A stretch of DNA of 64,000 nt from Bugula neritina (lineage: Eukaryota > Animalia > Bryozoa). The first letter of the stretch is position 1. The number at the start of each line of letters is the position of its first letter. The position numbers and the translations under genes are program-made. The notes below the pieces were generated by a model that worked only from the letters and a program-made list of their open reading frames with translations, was not told the DNA's origin and made no database searches. The stretch is from assembly GCA_964035545.1 (NCBI GenBank), contig OZ037773.1, positions 3,253,751-3,317,750 on the forward strand. The letters run 5' to 3'. Shown piece after piece: positions 1 to 11,487 of this stretch.

Positions 1-388
1 ACAAGGCTTTGTTCTTTTCATCATTACTTGAAATCGTGATAGATTGGTGAAATGATGAGTGATTTTATTCTTGTATCCATGTTTCAACAAGTTTGCATTT
101 ACTTTTGATTAAATAAAGTCAGGAAAAACTGCAGCATAATAGTTATTTAAGTTTTCTATTGCATTATATTGTATGAAAAGCTGTTATAGCAGTTGATCAC
201 AGCGATTTAATAGTATTTTATGTGTGCATGTATTTGCTGACTACTCATGTAAAATTTGAGACAATACCATAATAACTCATTGCATAAAAAGTATAATAAA
301 TCCAATAAACTTGTTATAATTATATGCTGTTGAAGTAGAAATTGACTATAATTATAATAATATTCCATAATATCATTTACAACTTCAG

Positions 389-501
389 TAGCAGTGAGTG
401 GCTACAAAATTCCTAGAGCCTACCAGGAATGCAGAGAGAAATGTGCAAAGAAAGGGAAGACAAAATCTTATCTCTATAAAGGGGCTTGTATATGCATCTG
501 A
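389..501 (+). CDS. Mature-peptide exon of a secreted 4-Cys CS-alpha-beta/defensin-like peptide (5' signal exon presumably upstream of the window)
   Basis: Acceptor acttcag|TA (phase 1), then (V)AVSGYKIPRAYQECREKCAKKGKTKSYLYKGACICI*. CxxxC-x14-CxC spacing is identical to the complete gene at 5572-6071; net charge about +7; AATAAA near 626. Confidence 0.75.
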
Positions 502-1591
502 CTGCATATATTATAGGTATATTATAGTGCTTTCACTTTACCAAACTTGTTATTGAATAGAAATGCACTACTTTTGTCATTATTGGGATTCTAATAGTTG
601 TTTTATGAATTTACATGTTAGTATAAATAAATTTGTATGTATATATTTTTATTTTTTCCACAATACAACAAATGATGCATTTAAAACCATTTGTGTTTTG
701 TTTCAAATACAACTTTATTATTATTTCAAAAGATTAGAAGTCATTGATGCGTATTTAGATTTGAGTTGAATTATGATTTTTTTTCTCAATAACTTCAAAT
801 AATTGGTCAATTCAGTGCAGTGTGCAGTGTGCAGATGCACTGTGCAATTTATTTTAATAAATTTCCCTAAAAGAAAAATATATTTGATATAAAAATTTAA
901 ACTTCATTTATATATATAGCTGCAGCTGTATGCAATTTTTAATCAGCAATTAAAAGCAGTCTAAAATATCACAACTTAAAAAGACAAAACGACATTTTCT
1001 TTTATTTAGCAGTTTAATCAGCACTTAACAAGTAATTGCATATTTATGCAAATACTATAAAAAAGTAAATCATGATTTGATATAATATTACTCTTAAATA
1101 CTGCTGTAGCGTACAAGTCTCGAAATAAAATGACACTTGTTCCATACACAGATAATGATAATTCCACATATATAGGGACAAAAGAGAACATATAACTTGT
1201 TGTGTATATATATAAGCAAGAGTTAATAAATTGGCAAAACAAGTATTTCTCTAATAAAATCTGCTGTATCATTACTACAACCCACAGGAGCTGAAGAAAG
1301 GTTTATTTAGTTTTTAGCTAACTCCCTATTAAATATTGAATAAAACAATCTGTAGCAACAAAGCCTGTGACTTTTCTACTATCATAACTTACAAGAAAGT
1401 TTTCAAAAGTTGTTTATATTATTTCCATTTATAAAATTGTACATATATTCATTGAGTATATATAACAATAAGATTGAACATAATATAATAATATATAGCC
1501 TACTGCATAATTTAGTAAACACACTATAAACACTTAATAATGTTGCTCAAATATTCTGACTATATTCTAGAAGGCCTTTTTATAGACTTAG

Positions 1592-1710
1592 TAGCAATGA
1601 CTCATGGCTACTAAATTCCTAAAGCATATATCTCAAATGCAAAGAGAAATACACTATAATATAACAAAGGGTCCTTATATAAAGGTATCTCTGTATATAT
1701 TTATCACTAC
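1592..1710 (+). pseudogene. Decayed tandem duplicate of the 389-501 peptide exon
   Basis: ag|TA GCA ATG ACT CAT GGC TAC TAA ATT CCT AAA GCA TAT aligns to ag|TA GCA GTG AGT GGC TAC AAA ATT CCT AGA GCC TAC. Premature TAA at 1612-1614, a frameshift before TGC AAA GAG AAA, and similar 3' flank (about 1.2 kb duplication period). Confidence 0.75.
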
Positions 1711-2821
1711 ATATGTATATAACTCTTTGACTCTTTACCTAATTTTTTTATATTTTGTAGTTTTATCAGTTTAGTGTTTCTAAAAAAGACTATAAACTCA
1801 TAACTGCTAGTGAATAAATCTGTATGGTGTTTTGTATATGATCTACAATATGACAAGTGATTCTTTTAAAGCATGTTGATTGGTTGGTTTACAGACTTTT
1901 TTTAATGTTTCTAAAATTGCTTGTGTTAGTTAATTTTAGTTAAATTATATGATGACTTTTATTTAAAGAAATTCGCTGCTCATAATGCTAATACAATGAG
2001 AGTTTTCCCCAGCACTCTTTGATGTCTAGATTAGCTGACAGATGCAGTTCATGCATATACCTCTGCATGCTGCTCCACTGAGTAGGATTGCAATCTATGT
2101 AAACTCTTGACATTGAGAAGCAGGTGAGAGAGATGCTAAGCTTTGAGCTGAGAGATGCACTTAAGTATAGAGACTCCTATAGCTGGTACTTTGTATAGAA
2201 TGGCTGAGAGGAAGAAGTAAGATGGCGAGCTGCAAAATAAGAGAGAAATAGAAGAACAGCACGGTAAAGAGCTCATCTTACTTCCCAGGTAATATTCATT
2301 CTTGACCTGAACAGCTTATGATAAATTACATGTATTCAACATTTACTGACCTTAAGCCAACATGCAACTAAATATAAGCTACCATGAGAAATGCTGGAAC
2401 TTTCCTAAGTCTCACTGCATGTATAACACACTGCATGAGCCTGACAAACAGTATTATAGGCAGAGATTACCAATGCCAAAACAAACAGCTACAAACACCT
2501 ATAGCGGCTTCATTGCCAGAGTTAAGGGCATGTAACATGAAGGGCACAGCAAACAAAGGTATTTCAAAAAAGGTTTTTTCAACTACCAATTATATAGTTT
2601 GTTGAATATTGTAGTAGTTTTGTGGGTAGAATACAACTTAAGTGGGGAGCATAACTCCAGTATAGAAAGAACAAGATGAGGTAGTAAGCTTGAGTGTAGA
2701 AATCTTTATTGCTGTATAGGTAGCCAGTGAAAGTGGTCTTTATTCGGTGAGCTCCAGTGGTAGACTGATTCTACCCTGTGAGCTCACTTCCTTTTATACA
2801 GGGAAAAGTCTTTGTTCTCAT

Positions 2822-2932
2822 TCTGTCCGAAAGTTGGAGCCGAAATATCGGAACTCCTTCCGATGTCGGATTCCGACATTGGAATTTATTCCGACTTCCG
2901 GACCCCGACATCGGATTGCATAATCGCATTCT
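2822..2932. repeat. CpG-rich patch of direct and inverted TTCCGA(C)/TCGGA motifs, probably a DNA-transposon subterminal remnant
   Basis: About 10 CCGA/TCGG motifs in 110 bp (e.g. ttccgatgtcggattccgacattggaa) inside CpG-poor DNA. Confidence 0.4.
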
Positions 2933-4300
2933 ATAATTAACATGAAAAATGAATAAAAAATAGACTTACTCTTACATATTACATATTTTTGTTTTGGATT
3001 TCCACTACAATATAACACAAAATATTAATGTTTTGAAGTATGCAATTATTTGTCCATTATAGATAGTCTCAAAGTTAGCACATGAAACATTAATAGCAGA
3101 CTAAAACAGTTTATGTTAATACATTTTTTTAAATTTTCAATCTGATGGTACAACAGCAATCTTTCTGTATTTTTGATAAGAGACTTATAAGAAAGTTAAT
3201 TAAATATTTTTCATTTTTATGTTTTGATTCTTAATTAAAATATTTGCTTAGAAATAAGATATCATGATTGATGTTTCCAAATTTTACATGTAATTTTATA
3301 CATTGCTAATTGGAATTATCTTCTTATTAGATACATGTGTTGTCTTTTTATACTGAATCCAGAGTTATCTTCTCATATGTTGAAGAAGCATAAAACAGGA
3401 ACGTCATGTCACAAGAATATACCAACCAAACTTTTTCTAGTCCTGTTCATTGAGCTGCATATTACTAAGAGAGTAAATATACTCTGTATCATCACATTAT
3501 TTAAGAGATGCACATGGGTAATTGGTCCAATCAAAAAGTTCTTGCTATACTTTATCAGCGCAATATCTTGATCAAAGGAACCATGACTAGCTTTGATACA
3601 ATTCTCTTGAAGCTACTACTATATCTCATGTTTTACCCCGTCCTCTTTACAAATATATCCATTATTTTATATTTCAATTTATTCTTATTTACTGAGATCG
3701 ATATAGCAAGCTTTTATAGCTCTTTCATGTTTAAAATATTTTTATTATAATATCTTTTTTGATGATTTCTGTTGTTCCAGCAAAACCACCTCTGCACCAA
3801 GAAACATCTGAGAATATTTCCATCTCAGCTCTCTACCTCCTGCCTGCTCTATATTGTTCTATAAAAAAATCCCATTTAAAAGAATTTGTCATTTCATTTC
3901 ACATAACGGAAAGGAAAAGAACTTATAAACTGAGTTGCTATAAATGTTAACTATATACATGTTTGTTTGCAATAGATTATAGTTACAAATATATCATCGC
4001 ACAAAAATGTATTTTATATATTGGTATTTTTTTGTTCTTATGCTGTAGGAGAAAAGTATGTATAATATATTTTAAAACTTCTTTCAAAAGCAGAAATTTT
4101 TAAACCTTTGAGAATTATTACTATATAATTATATTTTTATTATTTACTGCAAAGATTAAAATAACAATTGTTAATATTATATGAGGTTAAACTTACAGGC
4201 CAGCTTATAATACCAGATTGATTGAAACTGGTTTTGCTACTTATAAATTTTATGATAAATATAAGCAAATCTTCAATAAGTCAGTTTACTATTGTAAAAT

Positions 4301-4390
4301 AATTTTGCTCCCCCCCCCCCCCACTGGGATTCGAACCCGAGACCTCTGGCTTGCAAGCAAGTGTGCTAAACATTACACCATAGAGATCAC
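4301..4390 (-). mobile_element. tRNA-derived element family A (SINE-like head)
   Basis: Minus strand reads TGGTGTAATGTTTAGCACACTTGCTTGCAAGCCAGAGGTCTCGGGTTCGAATCCCAGTGGGG: A-box, TGC in the anticodon position, B-box GGTTCGAATCC. No acceptor stem. Related copies at 4550-4634, 12545-12580 and 54025-54089. Confidence 0.7.
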
Positions 4391-4549
4391 AGGGTAAACT
4401 CATCATTACAACCATGAATCCTATCATGAATATTATAAGTAGCAAAACATTTTCTATCAAGCTGGTAATATAAGCTGCATGCAGTCTGTAACTTATTCTG
4501 ATGATGTAGTGTTTTGCTAAAGAGACTGTAGAGTGGAGTTTTCCCTGCA

Positions 4550-4634
4550 GTCTCTGTGGTTTATATACTTGTTTACATGCCTGCTTGCAAGCATGAGGTT
4601 TTGAGTTTCGAATCCTAGTGAGAGAAAAGTTTTG
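4550..4634 (+). mobile_element. Degenerate family A tRNA-derived element, inverted relative to 4301-4390
   Basis: tgtggt...ctgcttgcaagcatgaggttttgagtttcgaatcctagtg matches the family A consensus. Confidence 0.55.
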
Positions 4635-5071
4635 CAGTACTGCTGGTACATATTTATACACTGTTTAATGTTGTCAAATTACAACTTGAACTTTTTAGCA
4701 GAACCAATGTTTTCTAATCTTGTAAATGTATTCAACATTAAATTTACACGTGCATTTTTATAAAAAGGGTAGAAAACTTTATTATACATTCAGTTATGCA
4801 TTTATTACTAATATATTTTTACAAATTTAATTATCCATTGCCAGCTAAAAAGAGCACAACTCCTTAATGCTACCAACAAATGTGAACAAATTAATTTTGC
4901 TAAAATTATTGGTGGCAATACTAAGAGTTATGCTCTTTTTTGTTCTGTTAAATTATCTGTATAATACTATCATTGAGTATTGTCTTAGCAGTATTTAAAA
5001 GTGATGTTAGTATCAAAGTGGCAGTTAATTATGCTAGTTATATATGCTGCAAGCCTATCAGTGCTAAATGA

Positions 5072-5180
5072 GGGAGCAGCCGTGGTCTAGGGGTTAGAGC
5101 GTTTGCCTAGTAAACAAGAAGCCACAGGTGTCGAGCCGGATAAAGACCAGTGGTGATGTTAGGAAGAGCATCCAGTCATA
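5072..5180 (+). mobile_element. SINE family B, 3'-truncated copy
   Basis: GGGAGCAGCCGTGGTCTAGGGGTTAGAGCGTTTGCCTAGTAAAC tRNA-like head plus GGTGATGTTAGGAAGAGCATCCAGT body shared with 14076, 23382, 24522 and 33861-34459. Confidence 0.85.
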
Positions 5181-5571
5181 TTAACATTTTTATTCAAAGC
5201 TTCCCATTATTTTCCTATAAGAGAATTATAATTTGGATTCATATTTGCCTTATTTATCAAAACCACTCGAAAGTTGATATAACTTTCCTAAACTAACATG
5301 CTGAAAAATGTATAAAGTAAAGCTGATGTCTTTAACCACACGAATCACTTTTAATCATTTCATTATTAAACAAAGTAATTTTTGTATGAAAAAGCCAACA
5401 TTTTTAACTGCTTCACTGGTTTTATTGTGAAAAACATGACATTTGCATACACATATTATTTAATGGCATATCAATTTATATTAAATTGCTTTCAATTCCA
5501 CACAGTATTACAATATTGTGCAGCGTGCTATACCTAACAAGAGGTGAAGGTCACATTCATGCAGTAGGAAA

Positions 5572-6071
5572 CTATGACACCTTTAATTTCCCTAGACATG
5601 AACAGCGGTGGCCAGAAAGTTTATAACTAGCATATCCGTCTCTACGGCATCTGTTTCTGCAAAGGCTTCGTACACTAGGGCCTGTGGATGCTGTTAAAAA
5701 GTTCACAGAATATTCAAATTATGATTCAGCAACACTTTTGGCAAGTCTTGCATTGTATACAGACTATTTTGTACATTATATGTCCATCTTTGTTTCCTTA
5801 ACTCATAAACATGCAATGTCATCATTACATTTAGTATTGTTAACAGTTTGTGACAGGCTTTGTACAACATGCAATTGAAAACTTATAACATGACGATATA
5901 ATATACTGTCTATTTGATTTCTTAAACTAGTTATTAAATTTATATGATCTATTGAAAATATAAATCTGAATATAATAGACTCAGTCGCATTCATATAACA
6001 TGACATTATTTTAACTTACCCAGTGAACTCAAGGCCATCATGGTAATTAAAAGTAAAGTAAGAACTTTCAT
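5572..6071 (-). CDS. Secreted cationic 4-Cys CS-alpha-beta/defensin-like peptide precursor, 56 aa
   Basis: Exon 6071-6020 MKVLTLLLITMMALSSL, phase-1 intron (G|GTAAGT ... TTTTTAACAG|CA), exon 5690-5572. Product MKVLTLLLITMMALSSLASTGPSVRSLCRNRCRRDGYASYKLSGHRCSCLGKLKVS*. Signal peptide, CxxxC-x14-CxC, mature net charge about +8. Confidence 0.85.
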
Positions 6072-6268
6072 ATTTCATAGGTTCCTATAAAAATTACACC
6101 CAGTAAGTTCTCTTGCTTGCTGAAAACTTTGAATAATTATGTAGACAAAAAAGTACTCCTTTACATTTTTGTAGACCAAGTTGTTCTGTTAAATGAGTTT
6201 ACACTTATTTGTTCTACGTTTACAATATAGACAAGTACCATAGCTAGAAATATGCTAGCTAGACATTA

Positions 6269-6623
6269 ATAAAAGCTATTCAGCATTTATAAACTTATTT
6301 AACTATAACCCAATGTACGTACGTGTGCATGTACATATATGTGTATATATGTACAAATTGTACATACATGCATACGTACGTACATTGAGTTATAGTATAG
6401 ATATATACACACACACACACACCCACACACACACCCACACGCACACACACACATACACACACATACACACATACACACATACACACATACACACATACAC
6501 ACATACACACATACACACATACACACATACACACATACACACATACACACATACACATATATACACACACATATATACACACATATATTGGGTTATAGTT
6601 TAGCTATGCTGAATAGCTTTTAT
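6269..6623. repeat. Fold-back/MITE-like element enclosing a (CA)/(TACACACA) microsatellite, in the 5'-UTR intron of the peptide gene
   Basis: Inverted arms ataaaagctattcagcat (6269-6286 / 6606-6623) and aactataacccaat (6301-6314 / 6587-6600); extra internal hairpin 6301-6396. Confidence 0.7.
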
Positions 6624-6730
6624 ACTATACCATATCATATTTATATTATAAATTATATATATTTGTGTAACAAATATTATAAATGGAACTATTAATATAA
6701 GCCAATGAATGAAAAGGCATGTAAATCCTC

Positions 6731-6819
6731 ACCTTCTTTATAACTTGCCGCAGTTAATGCATGTACAGGGGCCTCTGTAGTGAATCAACGCCTCTGCAAA
6801 TATACGCTTCTTATATATA
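6731..6819 (-). promoter_or_regulatory. Putative TATA promoter and non-coding first exon of the 5572-6071 peptide gene
   Basis: Minus strand TATATAAG (6810-6817), Inr-like TTCACT about 30-35 nt downstream, donor AAG|GTGAGG near 6732, acceptor TTTTATAG just before the ATG exon (about 6085). Confidence 0.55.
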
Positions 6820-7528
6820 GTTTTTAAACTGCAGGGCATTGCACGGAGCTAACTAGCTTTATATTGCTATGGTATATGTTTAAACAGAATATTAATGTAA
6901 TGTCAAATAATTGTAAAAAAAATAGGTTTGTTGACTAATCTCTATAATATATGATGTAGTAAACTATAATGTGCACGATGCCTTTTATGGAGAATATTAG
7001 GATGTCATAGACAGTGATGCAGCTGTGTGGGGTGAAGCAGGGTCTCATTGCTATATTATAGTCAAGATGTCTAACTTCACCAGTCTGTAATAGACAACAT
7101 CCCAATATAATCTCAATGTATTACAAGATAATACTTAATTAAAGAGTGTTACTTAATAATGTGTGTTATATGGTGGCAAACACCTGAGTTGAAATGCTTC
7201 GACTGGTGCAGAAAAATCGGAAGTTTATTATAAATGATATTTTCATAAAATCAAAGTGAAGATACCCATATTCAAAGCTAACTCATCTGGGCTTGATTTT
7301 CCTGGCTGAAAAATTCTTCACCAAATGTTGCAAAAGTTTTTGCATTCTATCATGAATTAGGCTGTGCTTTTAATTTAAATTACTTTTAGTCAAAAATTTA
7401 ATTTGGTCAAGTTAAAAAGTCATTTGAGTTGCCTACATCATGAACACAACAGCACACAACTATATCGTCTGTGATGACTTTCTCTGCATAAAGTTAGAAT
7501 GCTGTCAAATGAAGCAATTCCTTTGTAG

Positions 7529-7630
7529 ATTTCATTAGTGCGGAGTAGTTTAGAGCATGCAGAGTGCAGAGTGGTGTGATGGAGAGGTTATCATATATGT
7601 GGCTTGGTGCAGATGTGGTAGTGTAACTTG
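7529..7630 (+). pseudogene. Possible decayed member of the 4-Cys peptide family
   Basis: Phase-1 acceptor ctttgtag|AT, then DFISAE*FRACRVQSGVMERLSYMWLG, frameshift, CRCGSV. Keeps the SY-x3-G and CxC motifs; second Cys position is AGT. Confidence 0.4.
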
Positions 7631-8009
7631 CATAAAAATATTCTGTAAAACAATTAAAATATCTACAGTTATAGTACACTGACAGTTATTTTACTTGCAT
7701 ATGCTTTCAACAAATACATATAGGACTTATATAACCAGATCATTTTAAAGCTATAATATGGGTTCAGAGTAGTTGTTTGTAGTGTGTAACTGGCGTTTGC
7801 AGAATATAACATAGTACTGTTGAGAATAGCTTGGGCTTTATTATTATATGAAAAGTTCGTTTAAAATAACACTAAATTCTAGCCTGCGTATGCAAATTTA
7901 AATATGATTGATAGAACCAAACATATCTCATTGTGCAGGGTTTGGGGTCATTATCTCTATGAGAACCCTCCTCTTCCCAAGGAGGTAATAACTTCTTCAA
8001 TATCATGGT

Positions 8010-8128
8010 GAATGAGCAATTGTGACTGCAGAATACCCTTTTTAATATCACCAGCGGCCTTTACTAGAAATTGAACCTTTTATATACTAAATCAGTGCTT
8101 AAACCACTAGACCAAACAGTTGCTCTCC
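8010..8128 (-). mobile_element. SINE family B, old degenerate copy
   Basis: Reverse complement ggagagcaactgtttggtctagtggtttaagc...aaaggccgctggtgat...cagtcacaattgctc matches family B. Confidence 0.6.
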
Positions 8129-9924
8129 ATAAAACTTAAATACCTTATATAAAAATGAACAAAAATAAACTATTACCATTTGTTGTAACAAACATGGAAG
8201 CTATTACCTAGAAAATAAATTTCATAGCATACAAATCATGCAATGAGCTCTTCATTAACCCAACTCGTATGTACATGCGACAACATGAAGTCTCCTGCCA
8301 TCCTTGAGCCGCTCTCTTGTGAAAGATGTCTGATGCTTCCATCTATCTAAAGAGTTATCTGATCATGAAACTTAAAAAAATTAGTTTCACAGTTCTGTTG
8401 ACAGAAGCTGAAAGTTGTATCACCGAAAATTAAGACAGTGGAACCGGAAATTAAATCATAAAGACTACGAGAGAATGAAAGTAACTTTAATTTTTGGCCG
8501 AATATAGCTTTTTTCTTTTTACAAAGCAGCAGTTATCATGAGTCATACCAAAGTATAGATATATTTTATATGTCTGTTGCTAGCTTTCAAGTAACTGACT
8601 TCTGAAATATGAATTCACTGGAGAACATGTGCATAGTCCAACTGTTGGTCGTCGATGTAAAAGAAATGCAAGAACACATATGCCACTGGGTGTGTTTTAT
8701 TATGGAGGGATCTAAATTTCAAACCAATTTAATACTCATAGATGTCCTCTCAATACAACAGTGGAAAATCCACAAGTTCCTCTAGAATGCAGCTAATGTC
8801 TGAACAAGCTCATGCATAACTGAAAATATAAAAGCAATAAAGTTAAGTGTCCAACTAATACAAACTTATTATAGAAAGTTTCCTGCACATACAATGACAA
8901 AAACTTGATGGATAAATAGAATACTTTGGTATCTCGATTATTACATGTAATATTTTGATATATTACCATCAGAATAAATAAATACAAACAATATTATGCA
9001 TCAACTGTAATTTAAATATACACTGTATATATACTAACTGGCTACAGCTCTATACTTACATCTATTTCCTTACTAACTTAAATTAATAATTGAGAGAATA
9101 TAGCTGATGGGAATTATTAGACTTACCTAATATTATGGTGAAAGGATATAGCATTGTATGAAAGAGCATGGCGCAGTGTGCTTCTGGATATGATTAGCAA
9201 GATTCAATTGTCGAAGAAAGTTATAGAAATATTATAATCAAAACACAAAGTATGATACTAAGATAAGCAGAGATACTCACTATAGAATTGATGCAGATTA
9301 AAACATAGAAGCATCCGGATTCTGAGGCAAAATGAATTAAACTATACACAAAGTCACCATGACATGATGTCATTCTTATAATTGTCTGATGAATGTCACA
9401 TGACTTACATATTCCCTACCTAAAACATCAGTAAGTTACAAGATAATACTATTATATAAATCAATTCATTGTTTTAATAAAAATTTTCACAGTACTATAT
9501 ATTATAGTTACAATCTAAACTGCATGTTTTTAATATGGTTATTATTAACTCAATTTTGTTGCCCTGAATTATTGAAAATATTTATAGTTTAAACTGCTAA
9601 TTAAAAATACTCATTGGAAATGCTGTCTTAGCTTTTTGGAAATATTGCCTTTCTACTTGATGATTCTATCTCTGCTTGCAGAATGCAAGCAGTCAACTAG
9701 AAGCACCCACAGGCTTCAGGGGGTAGATCATGGGCTGTTTTCATGATGTATACAGAATAAAATTGTAGGTGATTCTGCTATACTTTATAGACTTATATTA
9801 TACTAACTTTGCGAACTATATTGCACTTGTATGTATAATGAAAACTTGGGTTTTCACATAAATAAATCAGCATTAATTTTGATCAGAATGTTTCAAAACA
9901 TAAAGTAATGATAACTCCCAAAAT

Positions 9925-10100
9925 CTACTACAATACGAGCTACGAAAGTCGCAAAGTGGCGGACAACACCCTAAAGTCGCCACTCTAATAGATTACGCCG
10001 AGCATTCCCCGGATCACCAACCGCTTCCTCGTTTCATTTCATTTTCCTAACAATCCCCTCGTGCGCATCATTCAAGTGTGCAAAAACCACGTCAAGTAAT
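9925..10100 (+). promoter_or_regulatory. CpG-rich promoter-like island and possible non-coding first exon of the CUB-LDLa gene
   Basis: Local CpG enrichment against a CpG-poor background, ending at a possible donor CAA|GTAATT (about 10095); coding exon acceptor at 13240. Confidence 0.4.
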
Positions 10101-10149
10101 TTTACTGAAAGTAATACTGGACTCTTGCTGAACTGACGGCCAATCTGAT

Positions 10150-11110
10150 TGCCAATGTGACTATAACTATAAGATCAGTTTAAGTTTTACTTTCACCTTT
10201 CAGTCTTACTTCAAGTTTTGTATTTTAAACTTCTAGTTATGGTAGATTAATATTTTACCTGTAACACGTCTGTCTAACAGTATCAGTATGAGTGATACTC
10301 ATAGTCATCCTGAGTATGAGTATGGCTATCGATAGTCATACTCATAGTCATAGTGACTATGAGTGTATCAGTACGAGTATCACTATCATTATGATTGATA
10401 TGACTATCAGTATGAGATTGAGTAGCACCAACAGTAACACTACGAGTACGAGTAACACTAACTCAGTAACTGTAAGTCTTAGTCTAACAGCAACAGTAAC
10501 TGAGTAACAGTTACACAAGTGTAAGCGTTACCGGTTACTGTTTGTGTAAGACTATCACTAACTCTAGTTTAAGTGAAACTAACATTAACTTTACGTTTGA
10601 AATATAAAATAAGTGTAACTTAATCATTATAACACTAACAGTTTGAGTTATACTATAGTAATAGTCTATAAGTATAACGATAAGTATTACTATTAGTATC
10701 ACTATTACTATTACTATTAGTATAAGGCAGTATAAGGTCTATAACCATATTATAACTATTACTATTAGTATTACTATTAGTATTACTGTTAATATTACTA
10801 ATAGTAGTACTAATAATATTATTACTAATTAATGTCTTATACTAATACTAATAGTTATAGTAATAGTAAGATTATTAATATTATTACTATGACATTACAG
10901 TTACTGTTACGATTAGTATTACTATTACTATTAGTGTTACTAACTCTAAGTAGTACTAATATTATTAGTAACAGTGTAATACTAATACTAATAGTAATAC
11001 TGATAGTATTAGTAATCGTATTAGTAATAGTAATACTACTAATGCACCTACGTACAGTTACCAACCTATGTCTCCAGTACTACTAATAGTAATAGTAATA
11101 CTAATACTAA
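10150..11110. repeat. Degenerate 3/6-nt-period low-complexity tract (AGTATT/AGTCAT/ACTATT)
   Basis: Continuous imperfect hexamer repeats; source of spurious ORFs 10292, 10832 and 10855. Confidence 0.85.
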
Positions 11111-11478
11111 TAGTTTTGTTTATGCAGTAAAACTAAAACTAAATGTTAAACCTAATCACCCACTCTGAATCTGTGAGACTTGGTAATTAAGTTTAACATT
11201 TAGTTTTACTGCATAAACAAAACTATTAGCATTAGTATTAGTAGTACTGGAGACGTAGTACTAGTAACTGTAGTACTAGTAACTGTACGTAGGTCCATTA
11301 TCAGTATTATTATTACCTACTAATATTATTACTGCACCTACCTCTAATACTAATAGTAATACTAATTAGTACGAGTAGTACTAATTAGCAATGCTAATAC
11401 TAATAGTAATAGTAATAATAGTTTTGTTTATTTAGTAAAACTAAATCAAAATGTTAAACTTAATCACCCAGTCTCACA
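11041..11478. repeat. Inverted triplication (+/-/+) of a 70-130 bp unit
   Basis: tagttttgtttatgcagtaaaactaaa...tgttaaacctaatcaccc at about 11111-11166, its reverse complement at 11175-11300 (arms extend to tacgtacagtta/taactgtacgta), and a third direct copy at 11418-11478. Confidence 0.75.
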
Positions 11479-11487
11479 TAGGAGGTA

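Noticed and set aside
2384-2605. ORF with CITHC-x13-CQN resembling the 4-Cys peptide spacing
   Set aside because: Fourth Cys and SY motif absent, acceptor weak, no signal exon found; cannot be supported, though a profile search is cheap.
3335-3950. Possible decayed coding sequence on the minus strand
   Set aside because: Multiple stops in every frame and no recognisable domain.
4301-4390. tRNA-Ala-like gene (and the tRNA-like heads at 5072, 14076, 23382, 24522)
   Set aside because: No acceptor stem; multiple diverged copies with shared non-tRNA flanks and, for family B, TSDs. These are SINE-type heads, not tRNA genes.
4281-4661. 126-aa ORF with CKQAC and a hydrophobic stretch, a possible peptide-family member
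   Set aside because: The CxxxC comes from the antisense of a family A element, and the ORF spans two such elements; no CxC.
6295-6603. Repeat-derived ORFs (6295-6603, 10292-11086, 13634-13960, 15650-16580 minus, 27896-28219, 47698-48006)
   Set aside because: Translations of micro/minisatellites or low-complexity DNA; no splice or domain support.
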